A stretch of 52,698 nucleotides of DNA from Dehalococcoidia bacterium (GCA_009692805.1 SHYM01000002.1:1-52698), one strand, 5' to 3'; counted from the first letter of the stretch, positions 26,257-35,447 are shown. Made by a program: numbers and translations. Notes: generated by a model not told the origin, from the letters alone.

Positions 26257-26390
26257 TCAGGAGGCTGGATGTATTTAACACCGACCAAGGCCGCCGCCAA
26301 GCGCCAGCGCTGCCCTACCTATGAAACCGGGTGCAGCGGCCGACCGCGCTGCTCCGACCTCTGGCCAGACAGGGCGCGGGGCTGACGCCC

Positions 26391-27239
26391 TTAACTCATC
26401 TCCCGCAGGCGCGCCACCACCTCCTGGACCACGTCATCGGGCGTGGAGGCGCCAGCGGTTACCCCTACGACCCGGCGGCCGCTGAACCACTCCGGCCTGA
26501 GCTCGGCGGCGGTCTCGATGTGGTGGGTCGGGAGCCCCTTGGCGGATGCCAGCCCCGCCAGGTGCTGGGTGTTGGCAGACTGCTTGCCGCCCACCACCAC
26601 CATGGCCTCCACCTCGGCCGCCAGCTCCAGGGCGGCGATCTGCTGCTTGGAGGTGGCGTTGCAGAGGGTGCTCACCACCTCCACCTGGTCCATCCGGTCC
26701 AGCAGGGCCTCCATGACCTGGTTAACAAAGCTGGCGAAGTGGGCGGGGTGTTGCGTCGTCTGGGAGAGGAGCCCCAGCCGTCGTGGCAGCCGCTCCCCCA
26801 GCGCCAGCACATCGACCAGCTTGAGGGTGGCGATGGCCTGGCCCCGGCACCAGCCCAGGACGCCCCTAACCTCGCGGTGGTTGGCGTCGCCGTAGATGAC
26901 CACGAAGTAGCCGTCGTCGATGAGGCGCCTGGCATTCTTCTGGGAGATGCTGACGATGGGGCAGGTGGCGTCGACGATCTCGAGGCCGCGGCGCTCCATC
27001 TCTTCGATGGCATCGGGCCCCACTCCGTGGGCGGTGATCGCCACCCGGTTGCTTTTGATTTCGGCCAGCTTGTCCACCACCGAGACCCCTTTGGCAGCCA
27101 GCTTGTCCACCACCTGGGGGTTGTGGACAACGGGGCCGAAGCTGGCCACGCTGCCATCCTTGGCCGTGGTCTCCACCAGCTCGATGGCCCGGCGGACGCC
27201 GAAGCAAAAGCCGTACTCACGCGCCAGCCTGACCTCCAT
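26391..27239 (-). CDS. ispH: 4-hydroxy-3-methylbut-2-enyl diphosphate reductase
   Basis: Contains YGFCFGVRRAI, HNP and ATCP.V. The order is cmk-plsC-ispH. Confidence 0.9.
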   Translation of the reverse strand: MEVRLAREYGFCFGVRRAIELVETTAKDGSVASFGPVVHNPQVVDKLAAKGVSVVDKLAEIKSNRVAITAHGVGPDAIEEMERRGLEIVDATCPIVSISQKNARRLIDDGYFVVIYGDANHREVRGVLGWCRGQAIATLKLVDVLALGERLPRRLGLLSQTTQHPAHFASFVNQVMEALLDRMDQVEVVSTLCNATSKQQIAALELAAEVEAMVVVGGKQSANTQHLAGLASAKGLPTHHIETAAELRPEWFSGRRVVGVTAGASTPDDVVQEVVARLREMS

Positions 27240-27911
27240 CTACCGCTCCTTCGTGAACAGCGCCGCCGTCTCTGTCCGTGGCCGCCCCTGATATGTTCCC
27301 CGCCGGGCCTCAGGCAGCAGCGCGGCTACACGTATCATTATGGCATCCGTGCAAGCCTGCGTCTCCTGCTTCTGGGGGCGCTCGACTCGCTCGCCTACGG
27401 TGAAGGGCTCGCCCACCCGTACGGTGATGAGAGGGCGGCGCAGCAGCCGCCAGGGCCTGAGCAGCCCCTCGGTGCCAGTGATGGCCACGGGCACCAGGGG
27501 CGCTCCAGTCCGCAGCGCCAGGTAGCCCACGCCTGGCCTCCCCTGTCGCAGGATGGCATCACGACTGCGCGTGCCTTCGGGGAACAGCGCCAAGGCTCCT
27601 CCCGCGACCAGCCAGGCCTCGGCGCGGGCCAGCGCCTGGCGGTCCAGGGCCTCGCGGCTCAGCGGGATGGCGCCGTAAAGCCTCACCGCCAGGCCGACCA
27701 GCGGTATGGAGAAGAGCTCCCGCTTGGCCAGGAAGCGCACCCGTCGCGGCAAGCTCGCCGCCAGCAGGGGCGGGTCCGCCAGCGACATGTGGTTGGCGAC
27801 GATGATGAGGGGCCCCGAGGGCAAGGAGCCCTGCCGCTCCACGCGCCAGCGGGCCAGCAGCCACAGGGCGCCGCGCATCGCGCCCGTCATCGCCCCGTAA
27901 AACGGGCTCAC
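27240..27911 (-). CDS. plsC: 1-acyl-sn-glycerol-3-phosphate acyltransferase
   Basis: Contains the NHMSLADP (HX4D) and FPEGTRS motifs. The GTG start overlaps the cmk stop as GTGA. Confidence 0.85.
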   Translation of the reverse strand: MSPFYGAMTGAMRGALWLLARWRVERQGSLPSGPLIIVANHMSLADPPLLAASLPRRVRFLAKRELFSIPLVGLAVRLYGAIPLSREALDRQALARAEAWLVAGGALALFPEGTRSRDAILRQGRPGVGYLALRTGAPLVPVAITGTEGLLRPWRLLRRPLITVRVGEPFTVGERVERPQKQETQACTDAIMIRVAALLPEARRGTYQGRPRTETAALFTKER

Positions 27912-28585
27912 GCGACCGCCCTCCCCACCAGTTTAAGCACCTCCTGCACCACCTCTGCAAGGGTCAACCCCTGGGTATCGATGATACGGGCGTCTGGAGC
28001 AGGCTTTAGGGGGGAGAGCGCCCGCTCGCTGTCGAGGCGGTCCCGGCGCAAGAGGTCCTGTAGGATGGTGTCCAGGTCAGCGGCCTCGCCTTGCTGGGAG
28101 AGCTCTCGCTGGCGGCGGCGGGCCCGCTCGTTGGGGGACGCCTCCAGGTAGACCTTGAGGGGAGCCTCGGGGAGCACGACGGTGCCGATATCGCGTCCCA
28201 CCATGACCAGGCGACCGCCGCGAGCGATCTCCCGCTGGCGGGCTACCAGCGCGCCTCTGACCTGGGGGTGACGCGATACCACCGAGACCGCTTGCTCCAC
28301 GACGCGGCCCCGCAGCTTGGGCCCCAGCGGGCTCCCGTTGACCACCAACGGGACCTCCCCCGGGCGGCCGTCAGGCGGCAGATCCATAGTCGTCTCCGTC
28401 GCCAGTCGCCCCAGCGCCTCCCCCTCTTCTAGATCGACCCCCCGCTGGAGGGCTATCCAGGTGAGGGCCCGGTACATGACGCCAGTGTCGAGGAAACGGT
28501 AGCCCAGGTGACGGGCTAGCGCGGCTCCGACGGTGGTCTTGCCCGCCGCCACGGGGCCGTCGAGGGCGATCACGGAAGGGATCAT
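27908..28585 (-). CDS. cmk: Cytidylate kinase
   Basis: Reads IALDGPVAAGKTTVGAALARHLGYRFLDTGVMYRA. I chose the ATG at 28585. The longer track ORF begins inside a repeat element. Confidence 0.85.
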   Translation of the reverse strand: MIPSVIALDGPVAAGKTTVGAALARHLGYRFLDTGVMYRALTWIALQRGVDLEEGEALGRLATETTMDLPPDGRPGEVPLVVNGSPLGPKLRGRVVEQAVSVVSRHPQVRGALVARQREIARGGRLVMVGRDIGTVVLPEAPLKVYLEASPNERARRRQRELSQQGEAADLDTILQDLLRRDRLDSERALSPLKPAPDARIIDTQGLTLAEVVQEVLKLVGRAVA

Positions 28586-28652
28586 AGGTGAGGCCAAGCC
28601 ATCTCCTCGGTCGTGCTTCGGGGTAGTAATTATAGCATGCGGTCTGCGGTGG

Positions 28653-28875
28653 CTTGGCACAAAAAGTCGTCACGCGAAGGCCGGTCACCCTGAGTGAAGC
28701 GAAGGGTCTGGCTTCTCAGATTCTCGCTGTGCTCAGCATCACGAGCCACGCCCCCCGTATATCGTCACGGGGAGTCCATAGGGGCGCAGCCCCTCTCGCG
28801 GGGGGCCTGGGGGGTGTCCCCCCAACAGTTCTTTCTTCATCCCTCCCCTAGCAGGGAGGGCTAGGGTGAGGGCCT
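28653..28875. repeat. Composite repeat block R7 (CTTGGCACAAAAAG terminus, GTCACCCTGAGTGAAGCGAAGGG / GCTCAGCATCACG unit, GGGGGGTGTCCCCCC hairpin, CCTCCCCTAGCAGGGAGGG hairpin)
   Basis: Several palindromes share modules with the other copies. The block is entirely intergenic, between cmk and prfA. Confidence 0.7.
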
Positions 28876-28884
28876 TGGTATAAT
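28876..28884 (+). promoter_or_regulatory. Extended -10 promoter TGGTATAAT ending 8 nt upstream of the prfA ATG (predicted leaderless mRNA)
   Basis: TGgTATAAT spans 28876-28884 and the ATG is at 28893. There is no Shine-Dalgarno sequence in between. Confidence 0.45.
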
Positions 28885-28892
28885 CTGATGCC

Positions 28893-29963
28893 ATGTTCGA
28901 GAAGCTGGAGCGCCAAGAGCAGCGCCTGGCGGAGATCGACGCCCTCCTGGCCGATCCCGCGCTCGCCAGCGATCTCGCCCGCCTGCAACAGCTCGCCCGG
29001 GAGCGCAGCGCCCTGGAGGGCCCGCTGACGCTGTTCCGCCGCTACCGCAAGGTGGAGGCCGATATCGCCTCGGCCGAGGCGTTGCTCCAGGCCGAGCGCG
29101 ATGAGGAGATGCAAGGCCTAGCCCGCGAAGAGCTGGAACGGCTGCGCTTGGAGTGGGAGCGGCTCACCAAGGAGCTACAGCGCGCCCTGCTGCCCCAGGA
29201 CCCCAACGACCGCAAAGACGTCATCGTGGAGGTGCGGGCGGGCACCGGCGGGGAGGAGGCAGCCCTCTTTGCCGCCGAGCTTTTCCGCATGTACGCCCGC
29301 CACGCCGAACGCCTGGGCTGGCACACCGAGGTCCTGTCCACCTCTGAGAGCGAGCGCGGCGGCTTCAAGGAGATCATCTTCGAGGTGCGGGGCAAAGGGG
29401 CCTTCAGCCGCCTGAAGTTCGAGCGGGGCGTCCACCGGGTGCAGCGCGTGCCCCTCACCGAGGCTCAGGGCCGCATTCACACCTCCACCGCCACCGTGGC
29501 TGTCCTGCCCGCGGTGGAGGAGGTGGATGTCCAGATCGACCCCGGCGCGCTGCGCATCGACATCTACCACTCCGGCGGCGCCGGCGGTCAGAATGTGAAC
29601 AAGGTGGCCACCGCGGTGCGCATCACCCATCTGCCCACGGGCCTAGTGGTCGCTTGCCAGGACGAGCGCTCCCAGCTCAAGAACAAGCAGAAGGCTATGG
29701 CCGTGCTGCGGGCCCGCCTCTACGATATGAAGGCGCGGGAGCAGGAGCAGCAGCAGGCCCAAAGCCGGCGCGCCCAGGTAGGGACGGCGGAGCGGTCGGA
29801 GAAGGTGCGCACCTACAACTTCCCCCAGGATCGCCTTACCGACCACCGCATCGGCCTGACCCTGCACAACCTCCCCGCCATCCTCAACGGGGAGCTGGAC
29901 ACGCTATTGGACGCCCTGGCCGCCAGCGCCCAGGCAGAGCAGCTCGCCACCGTCTCGTCGTGA
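28893..29963 (+). CDS. prfA: Peptide chain release factor 1
   Basis: Contains GGAGGQNVNKV (the GGQ motif), QRVPLTEAQGRIHTS (an RF1-type PxT region) and SQLKNK. Confidence 0.9.
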   Translation: MFEKLERQEQRLAEIDALLADPALASDLARLQQLARERSALEGPLTLFRRYRKVEADIASAEALLQAERDEEMQGLAREELERLRLEWERLTKELQRALLPQDPNDRKDVIVEVRAGTGGEEAALFAAELFRMYARHAERLGWHTEVLSTSESERGGFKEIIFEVRGKGAFSRLKFERGVHRVQRVPLTEAQGRIHTSTATVAVLPAVEEVDVQIDPGALRIDIYHSGGAGGQNVNKVATAVRITHLPTGLVVACQDERSQLKNKQKAMAVLRARLYDMKAREQEQQQAQSRRAQVGTAERSEKVRTYNFPQDRLTDHRIGLTLHNLPAILNGELDTLLDALAASAQAEQLATVSS

Positions 29964-29976
29964 GGGCGCCTTTGGC

Positions 29977-30633
29977 CTAGGCCGTGCGCAGCGCCGAGAG
30001 GCGCAGCGCCCGGAAGTGCCCGTCGCGCAGCTCGTTCACCAGGCCCTTGACATCGCTGACGGGGCGCTCGAACTCGGTCAGGCAGGTGCCGATGTTGCTG
30101 ACGAAATGGGCGTCGGAGCCGGCGATGCCGTGGCAGCGTCCCCTCTCCGCCAGGGTCTTGGCGCGGTCGTTCTCCCAGTGGCTGCTGCCGCCGTTGATGA
30201 GCTCCACCACCGGCACCCGCTCCAGGGGGAAACCCTTGCTCAAGAACTCGATCAGGCCGTTCCCCCGGCGGCCGGGGTGGGCGGGCACGGCGATGCCGCC
30301 GCAGCGCTCCGCCTCGGTGATGAGCTTCAGGGGGTCCATCTTGACATCGGTGAAGTCGATGGCCTGCTGGAGCGCCGGGGTGACGCCGTAGACCAGGAAG
30401 TGGCCGCAGGCCGTGTCCAACTCGGAGCCGCGCAGGACGAGCACGTCGTACTGGGCGGCTAGGTCGGCGTAATCGTGGCCGGCGTCAAAGCCTCGGTGCT
30501 CGGTAAGGACGATGCCGTCTAGGCGGTGGTTCTTGCGCAGGACGGTGGTGATCCACTTCAGATATTGCTCGACGGTAGCGCGGGCGTCGTCCGAGAACAC
30601 CGAGTGGGTGTGCATGTCGATGACCGTCGGCAA
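29977..30633 (-). CDS. PHP-domain metal-dependent phosphoesterase
   Basis: Contains VIDMHTHSVFSDD, PAHP and GSDAH. The start is TTG. Confidence 0.75.
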   Translation of the reverse strand: MPTVIDMHTHSVFSDDARATVEQYLKWITTVLRKNHRLDGIVLTEHRGFDAGHDYADLAAQYDVLVLRGSELDTACGHFLVYGVTPALQQAIDFTDVKMDPLKLITEAERCGGIAVPAHPGRRGNGLIEFLSKGFPLERVPVVELINGGSSHWENDRAKTLAERGRCHGIAGSDAHFVSNIGTCLTEFERPVSDVKGLVNELRDGHFRALRLSALRTA

Positions 30634-30715
30634 GGTGAGGTCTCTCTCTCGTTAACCTGGGCTTGCCCTTGGGTAGGCGGGCCCATGCCCCGAAGTATAT
30701 CATCGCCAGGGGTCG

Positions 30716-32026
30716 CTAAGGCCAGAACAGCTTCTGGGCGGCCCGTCGCAGCTCGCCCCGGAAGTCGGGGTGGGCGATGGCGATGAGCTCGCGGGCCCGC
30801 TCCCGCACCGAGCGGCCCAGCAGGCTGGCGACGCCGTATTCCGTCACCACATAGTCGGCCCAGTGCCGGGGCACCGTCACCACGGCGCCCGGCTCCAGCC
30901 AGGGCATGATGCGGGAGGCGGTCCCACCCTGAGCAGTGGACTGGAGCATCATGATGGACCGTCCGCCGCGGGACTGCAAAGCGCCGAAGACGAAGTCGGG
31001 CTGGCCCCCGGCCCCGCTGTACATGAGGGGGCCGATGCCCTCCGAGGCGGTCTGGCCCGTCAGGTCAATGGCCATGGATCTGTTGATGGCGACCATGTTG
31101 TCGTGGGCGGCGATGGTATTGATGTTGATGACGTACTCTTGCTCGTAGAGCTCGAACATAGGGTTCATATGAATGTAGGCCATGTCCTCGGGGTCGCGGC
31201 CGAAGTTGGTGGCCACCACCTTGCCCGGGTGCAGGGTCTTGCGGCGGCCTGTGATGACGCCCTCTTTCACCAAGCGGACGATGCCCGGCACCAGGTTTTC
31301 GGAGTGGTATCCCAGGTCATGCTTGTTGTCGAAGGGGCCCAGCATCGCCAGGTGGCTACCTAGCAGGCCAGCCCCGATCTCGAAGGTATCGCCGTCTCGT
31401 ATCAGGCTGCTCACGTAGCCGGCGATCTCCTTGAGCGCAGGCGGCGGCTCCCGCCGGGGAAGAGGCAGGCGCTGGGGCGTGTTTTCTATGAAGGCCGTGA
31501 TCTTGGAGACGTGGATGGCGTTATCGCCGTAGGTGCGGATGAGGTCCTGGTTCACCTCGGCCAGCACCGCCCGGGCGGAGGCGCAGTGCTGCTTCTTGGA
31601 CCAGATGCTGGAGCCGAAGGAGCAGGAGCCATGCTCGTCGGGGGGCGATACCGTCATCATGAAGACGTCGGCGGGCCTGGCGCCTGGGCGCCCCTCCCGG
31701 ATCGGCTTCCAGTAGTTGGAGAAGAGGTTGGGGAGCCAGTCGGCGCGCCGCTCCTGTACCATCGCTCGGTTGTGCTGGGACATGTAGGTCTCGAAGCGGA
31801 ACTGGAAGCTCTGCGCATATGCCGGGTCGAACCAGCCCGGGTCCACTATGGGCGTGCACTGGAGGATCTCCACGTCGTGGACCTCTCCCAGGCGCGCGGC
31901 CAGGGCCTCCAGCAGGGCCTCGGGGTCGGAGAGGAGGGCGATGGCCACCCGGTCTCCCGAGCGGACCAGGCGCACCGCCTCCTCCGCGGTCATGAGCTTG
32001 CGTTGGTAGTCCTCGCGCCAGTCCAT
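30716..32026 (-). CDS. Acetyl-CoA hydrolase/transferase family protein (4-hydroxybutyrate CoA-transferase-like)
   Basis: Begins MDWREDYQRKLMTAEEAVRLVRSGDRV. Contains AEVNQDLIRTYGDNAIHVS and GAGGQPDFV. I chose the ATG at 32026, preceded by GGAGGGGAGC. The upstream 130 codons of the track ORF are read-in. Confidence 0.85.
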   Translation of the reverse strand: MDWREDYQRKLMTAEEAVRLVRSGDRVAIALLSDPEALLEALAARLGEVHDVEILQCTPIVDPGWFDPAYAQSFQFRFETYMSQHNRAMVQERRADWLPNLFSNYWKPIREGRPGARPADVFMMTVSPPDEHGSCSFGSSIWSKKQHCASARAVLAEVNQDLIRTYGDNAIHVSKITAFIENTPQRLPLPRREPPPALKEIAGYVSSLIRDGDTFEIGAGLLGSHLAMLGPFDNKHDLGYHSENLVPGIVRLVKEGVITGRRKTLHPGKVVATNFGRDPEDMAYIHMNPMFELYEQEYVININTIAAHDNMVAINRSMAIDLTGQTASEGIGPLMYSGAGGQPDFVFGALQSRGGRSIMMLQSTAQGGTASRIMPWLEPGAVVTVPRHWADYVVTEYGVASLLGRSVRERARELIAIAHPDFRGELRRAAQKLFWP

Positions 32027-32040
32027 GCTCCCCTCCTGGG

Positions 32041-32506
32041 CTACTCCCTTGGCAAGGGGCCGGAGCTGCTGGCAAGCCTGGCCGGGGCGGGTTTCGACAT
32101 TGCCCTGCACGATTCGCTGTACGCCCACGTGCAGCTCTACCAGGAGATGGGGGTCCGCTTCCCACCTCACCGGATATACCAGGCGGGCGAGGAGGCGGGC
32201 CGGGTGCTGATCTTCCCGCCCAGCATCAGGAGGGCGGCCCTGCGCGATAGGATACCGAGCGCCGCCACCGCCTACGTCTCGGGCTGGGCGGTGGACTGGG
32301 GGACCAGCCGGCGCCTGGGGGTGGACGCCGCCTTCCCGCTCTCGGACCACGCCGATTACGCTGACCTGATCGCCTACGTGGAGCGGGTGCGGCCCCAGGA
32401 GGTGTATACCGTCCACGGCTTCGCCCAGGAGCTGGCCCGCGACCTACGGCTCAGGGGCTGGAATGCCCGGGCCCTGAAGAGCGGCCAGCAGCTCAGGCTG
32501 CTGTAG
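32041..32506 (+). pseudogene. C-terminal remnant (about 155 codons) of a ligase-associated DNA-damage-response exonuclease (beta-CASP / MBL fold)
   Basis: Reads YSLGKGPELLASLAGAGFDIALHD..LIFPPS..AYVSGWAVDWG..RRLGVDAAFPLSDHADYADLIAYVERVRPQEVYTVHGF..LRLRGWNA. The N-terminal HxHxDH half is missing. There is no start codon, and the upstream frame is antisense to the CoA-transferase gene. Confidence 0.65.
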
Positions 32507-32549
32507 CCGCACCCCTGACAGCATCCCCGGGGGCGGCTACAATGGCCCT

Positions 32550-33182
32550 ATGAGCACGCACGAGATCGGCCTTTTCGAGGCTATCGACACTCTTCGCAGC
32601 ATGCGCCATCTGAAGCCGGACCCGGTGCCGGAGGCCGCGCTGCGCCGCATCCTGGAGGCTGCCATCAAGGCGCCCAGCGGCATGAACAGCCAGCCCTGGA
32701 ACTTCCTGGTGGTCCGGGACGCCGACCTGCGACGGCGCGTGGGCGCGTTCTACCGCCAGGCGTTCCTCGAGGTCTACGGCGACGGCGGGTCCGGGGCCCG
32801 CAACCTGACGCCGGCGGACGAGCGCGTCAGGGCCTCGGCCCAGCACCTCGCCGACCACATGGGCGAGGCGCCCGTCCTGCTGCTGGTATGTCTGCGCCAC
32901 TCCTACGATAGGCCGCCCGAGGGCCGCGCCTACTCCTCCATACTGCCCGCGGTGCAGAACATACTCCTGGCCGCCCGGGGCCTAGGCCTGGGCACGACCC
33001 TCACCAGCCTGCACAAGCGCTATGAGCGCGAGGTCAAGGAGCTGCTGGGCATCCCCGACCACGTGGAGACGGTAGCCCTCATCCCCATCGGCTACCCTGA
33101 GCGGGGGCGCTTCGCCCCTCCGCCCCGGCGGCCGGTGGAGGAGGTGACCTTCGGGGAGCGCTGGGGCCAGAAGCTCTGGTGA
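32550..33182 (+). CDS. Nitroreductase family protein
   Basis: Reads LFEAIDTLRSMRHLKPDPVPEAALRRILEAAIKAPSGMNSQPWNFLVV. Confidence 0.85.
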   Translation: MSTHEIGLFEAIDTLRSMRHLKPDPVPEAALRRILEAAIKAPSGMNSQPWNFLVVRDADLRRRVGAFYRQAFLEVYGDGGSGARNLTPADERVRASAQHLADHMGEAPVLLLVCLRHSYDRPPEGRAYSSILPAVQNILLAARGLGLGTTLTSLHKRYEREVKELLGIPDHVETVALIPIGYPERGRFAPPPRRPVEEVTFGERWGQKLW

Positions 33183-33351
33183 GGAGCGGTGGTCATGCCT
33201 GAGCTTAAGCCGCTGGTCGCCACGCCGCGCCCGTCCCCCGGAAACGACCTGGGAGGTCATGTTCCGTTGGTGGTGAGCTTGTCGAACCACAGGGCGGACA
33301 ACAGATTGGCGGCCCGCGCCTTCACCTTTGCATCTTGCGTCGTACCCGAGG

Positions 33352-34683
33352 ATGGCTAGGGTGCCCGGTCCCCGGCCCCAACCCGCCAGCGGGCCCACGC
33401 TGAAGGACATCCAGGCCGCTCGGGCGCGCATCGCCCACGTCGCGCGGCCCACGCCCCTCATCTCCTCCCCCAGCCTCGATGCCATCCTGGGCTGCACCCT
33501 GCTGCTCAAGGCGGAGAACCTGCAGCGCACGGGCTCGTTCAAGGTCCGTGGCGCCGCCAACAAGATCGCCTGTCTGGGCGTCGAGGAGAGGCGCCGGGGG
33601 GTGGTGGCGGCCAGCGCGGGCAACCATGCCCAGGGGGTGGCGCTGGCGGCCCAAGTCGCGGGCATCCGGGCCGTTGTCGTCATGCCTCGTCATGCCTCCC
33701 TCGCCAAGGTCGCGGCGACCAGGGCCTACGGCGCTGAGGTACTCCTGCATGGCGATAGCTTCGATGACGCTCTGGTCAGAGCCCAGCAAGTGAGCCAGGA
33801 GCGAGAGCTGACCTTTATCCACGCCTTCGACGACGCCGCGGTGGTGGCCGGCCAGGGGACCATTGGCCTGGAGTTGCAGGAAAGCGCCTCCCAGGCCGAC
33901 GCCGTCCTGGTGCCGGTGGGTGGAGGGGGCCTTATCGCCGGGGTAGCGGCCGCGCTTAAAGAGTCCGGCTGCCGCGCCGAGGTCATAGGTGTCCAAGCGG
34001 CGGCGGCGCCGGCTCTGGCGCGCTCCCTTAGCGCTGGCAGGCTGCGGCCGGCGAGGCCCCGCAGCACCGTGGCCGATGGCATTGCCGTGGGCCACCCGGG
34101 CCCGCTCCCCTTTCAGCTCATCCGCCGCTATGTGGACCGCATGGTGGTGGTGGACGACGAGCTGATAACCCAGGCCATGGTCATCTTGCTGGAGCGGACC
34201 AAGCTGGTGGTGGAGGGGGCGGGGGCGGTGGGGGTGGCCGCCCTCCTGGGCGGCCTGGTCGAGGGCCGCGGGCGCCGAGTGGTAGCGGTGCTCAGCGGCG
34301 GCAACATCGACTCCAACCTCATCGCCCGAATCCTGGAGCACGGCCTGGCCCACGCGGGCCGCTATCTGGTCTTGCGGGTGGCTGTCAGGGACCAGCCGGG
34401 GCGTCTGGCGCGGCTGCTGGAGTGCATCGCCCAGGCCGAGGTGAACGTCCTGGAGGTGGCCCACCACCGCGCCGCTACCCACCTGCCCATCGGCATCGTC
34501 GAGGTGGAGGTCACCGTGGAGACCAGGGACGCCGCCCACGGGGAGGAGGTTTGCGCCCACCTGGAGCTCCACGGGTACTCCCGCGGTTCCCCCGGCCCGG
34601 GCCCCTTCGGTGTCCCCGTGCGCTACTTCGTGTCCAAGGAGGCGGAGTGGGAACAGCCCAGCCGGAGGCGAGGGGCCCGGTGA
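33352..34683 (+). CDS. ilvA: Threonine ammonia-lyase (PLP-dependent, with a C-terminal ACT-like regulatory domain)
   Basis: Contains TPLI..S, KAENLQRTGSFKVRGA, SAGNHAQG and GGGGL. I chose the ATG at 33352. Confidence 0.85.
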   Translation: MARVPGPRPQPASGPTLKDIQAARARIAHVARPTPLISSPSLDAILGCTLLLKAENLQRTGSFKVRGAANKIACLGVEERRRGVVAASAGNHAQGVALAAQVAGIRAVVVMPRHASLAKVAATRAYGAEVLLHGDSFDDALVRAQQVSQERELTFIHAFDDAAVVAGQGTIGLELQESASQADAVLVPVGGGGLIAGVAAALKESGCRAEVIGVQAAAAPALARSLSAGRLRPARPRSTVADGIAVGHPGPLPFQLIRRYVDRMVVVDDELITQAMVILLERTKLVVEGAGAVGVAALLGGLVEGRGRRVVAVLSGGNIDSNLIARILEHGLAHAGRYLVLRVAVRDQPGRLARLLECIAQAEVNVLEVAHHRAATHLPIGIVEVEVTVETRDAAHGEEVCAHLELHGYSRGSPGPGPFGVPVRYFVSKEAEWEQPSRRRGAR

Positions 34684-35333
34684 GGGCCGTCATCTTTGAT
34701 GTGGACGGGGTGCTGGCGGACAGCGAGCCCCTCTACCACGAGGCCCACAACATGGTCCTGGGCGAGCTGGGGCGGACCCTCTCCGAGGAGGAGAACCGCC
34801 AGATCCTGGGCGCCACGGTAGAGCACTCCTGGCGCTGGATAATGGAACGCTTCCATCTGACAGGTCCCCTGGAGGAGTGGCTTGCCCGCTATGACCGCGC
34901 AGTGGTGGAGGTCTTGCAGGCCCAGGTCGAGCCCAGCCCCGGCCTGTACGCCTTGCTGGACCTGCTCGCGGCCCGCGGGCTGCCCTTGGGACTCGCCTCC
35001 TCATCCCAGGCTAACTGGGTGAGGGCGATCCTCCAAAAGCTCGACCTGGCAGGACGGTTCCAGACGGTTATCTCCGGGGAGATGGTGGCCCGGGGGAAGC
35101 CGGCCCCCGACTGTTATCTCCTGGCCGCCCAGGGTCTGGGGGTGGAGCCCAGCCGCTGCCTGGCCATCGAGGACACGCCGGTGGGAATCAGAGCGGCCCG
35201 GGCCGCGGGCATGCTGGTGGTGGCTGTCGTCACCCCGATGACGGCGGGACTGGACCTCTCCCAGGCGCACCATGTGGTCCCTTCCTTGGAGCGCTTCGAC
35301 CCCGCCTGGCTGGGCGCCCGGGCGCCCCTCTGA
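34680..35333 (+). CDS. HAD-superfamily hydrolase (beta-phosphoglucomutase-like subfamily IA)
   Basis: Begins VRAVIFDVDGVLADSE (the DxDG motif). Contains ASSS, KPAPD and EDTPVGI.AA.AAGM. The GTG start overlaps the ilvA stop as GTGA. Confidence 0.8.
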   Translation: MRAVIFDVDGVLADSEPLYHEAHNMVLGELGRTLSEEENRQILGATVEHSWRWIMERFHLTGPLEEWLARYDRAVVEVLQAQVEPSPGLYALLDLLAARGLPLGLASSSQANWVRAILQKLDLAGRFQTVISGEMVARGKPAPDCYLLAAQGLGVEPSRCLAIEDTPVGIRAARAAGMLVVAVVTPMTAGLDLSQAHHVVPSLERFDPAWLGARAPL

Positions 35334-35412
35334 GGACCCAGGTGGGAACAGTGGCGGTTCTCGGTGTGCCTCTTGACGGGCCCGCCAGCGTTGGAGTACG
35401 CTAGGTTCGAAA

Positions 35413-35431
35413 GTTGACCTATGGGGTCAAC
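35413..35431. promoter_or_regulatory. Inverted repeat GTTGACC-N5-GGTCAAC immediately upstream of the ferredoxin RBS (candidate operator)
   Basis: The 7-bp arms are perfect. The repeat ends a few nt before the GGGGGAGG Shine-Dalgarno sequence. Confidence 0.3.
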
Positions 35432-35447
35432 ATTGGGGGAGGTGTGC

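Noticed and set aside
26068-26385. 105-aa ORF starting at the AGGAGG-ATG inside the 15-bp duplication.
   Set aside because: Most of it is translation of the repeat element (PFQEGGDIRERKGDTPFGPRQREG). The remaining 38 codons have no support, so I treat it as fortuitous.
26044-26390. Possible glmS ribozyme upstream of glmS.
   Set aside because: I could not find the conserved ribozyme core. Most of the spacer is occupied by the MITE-like element, and glmS may simply be co-transcribed with ispH.
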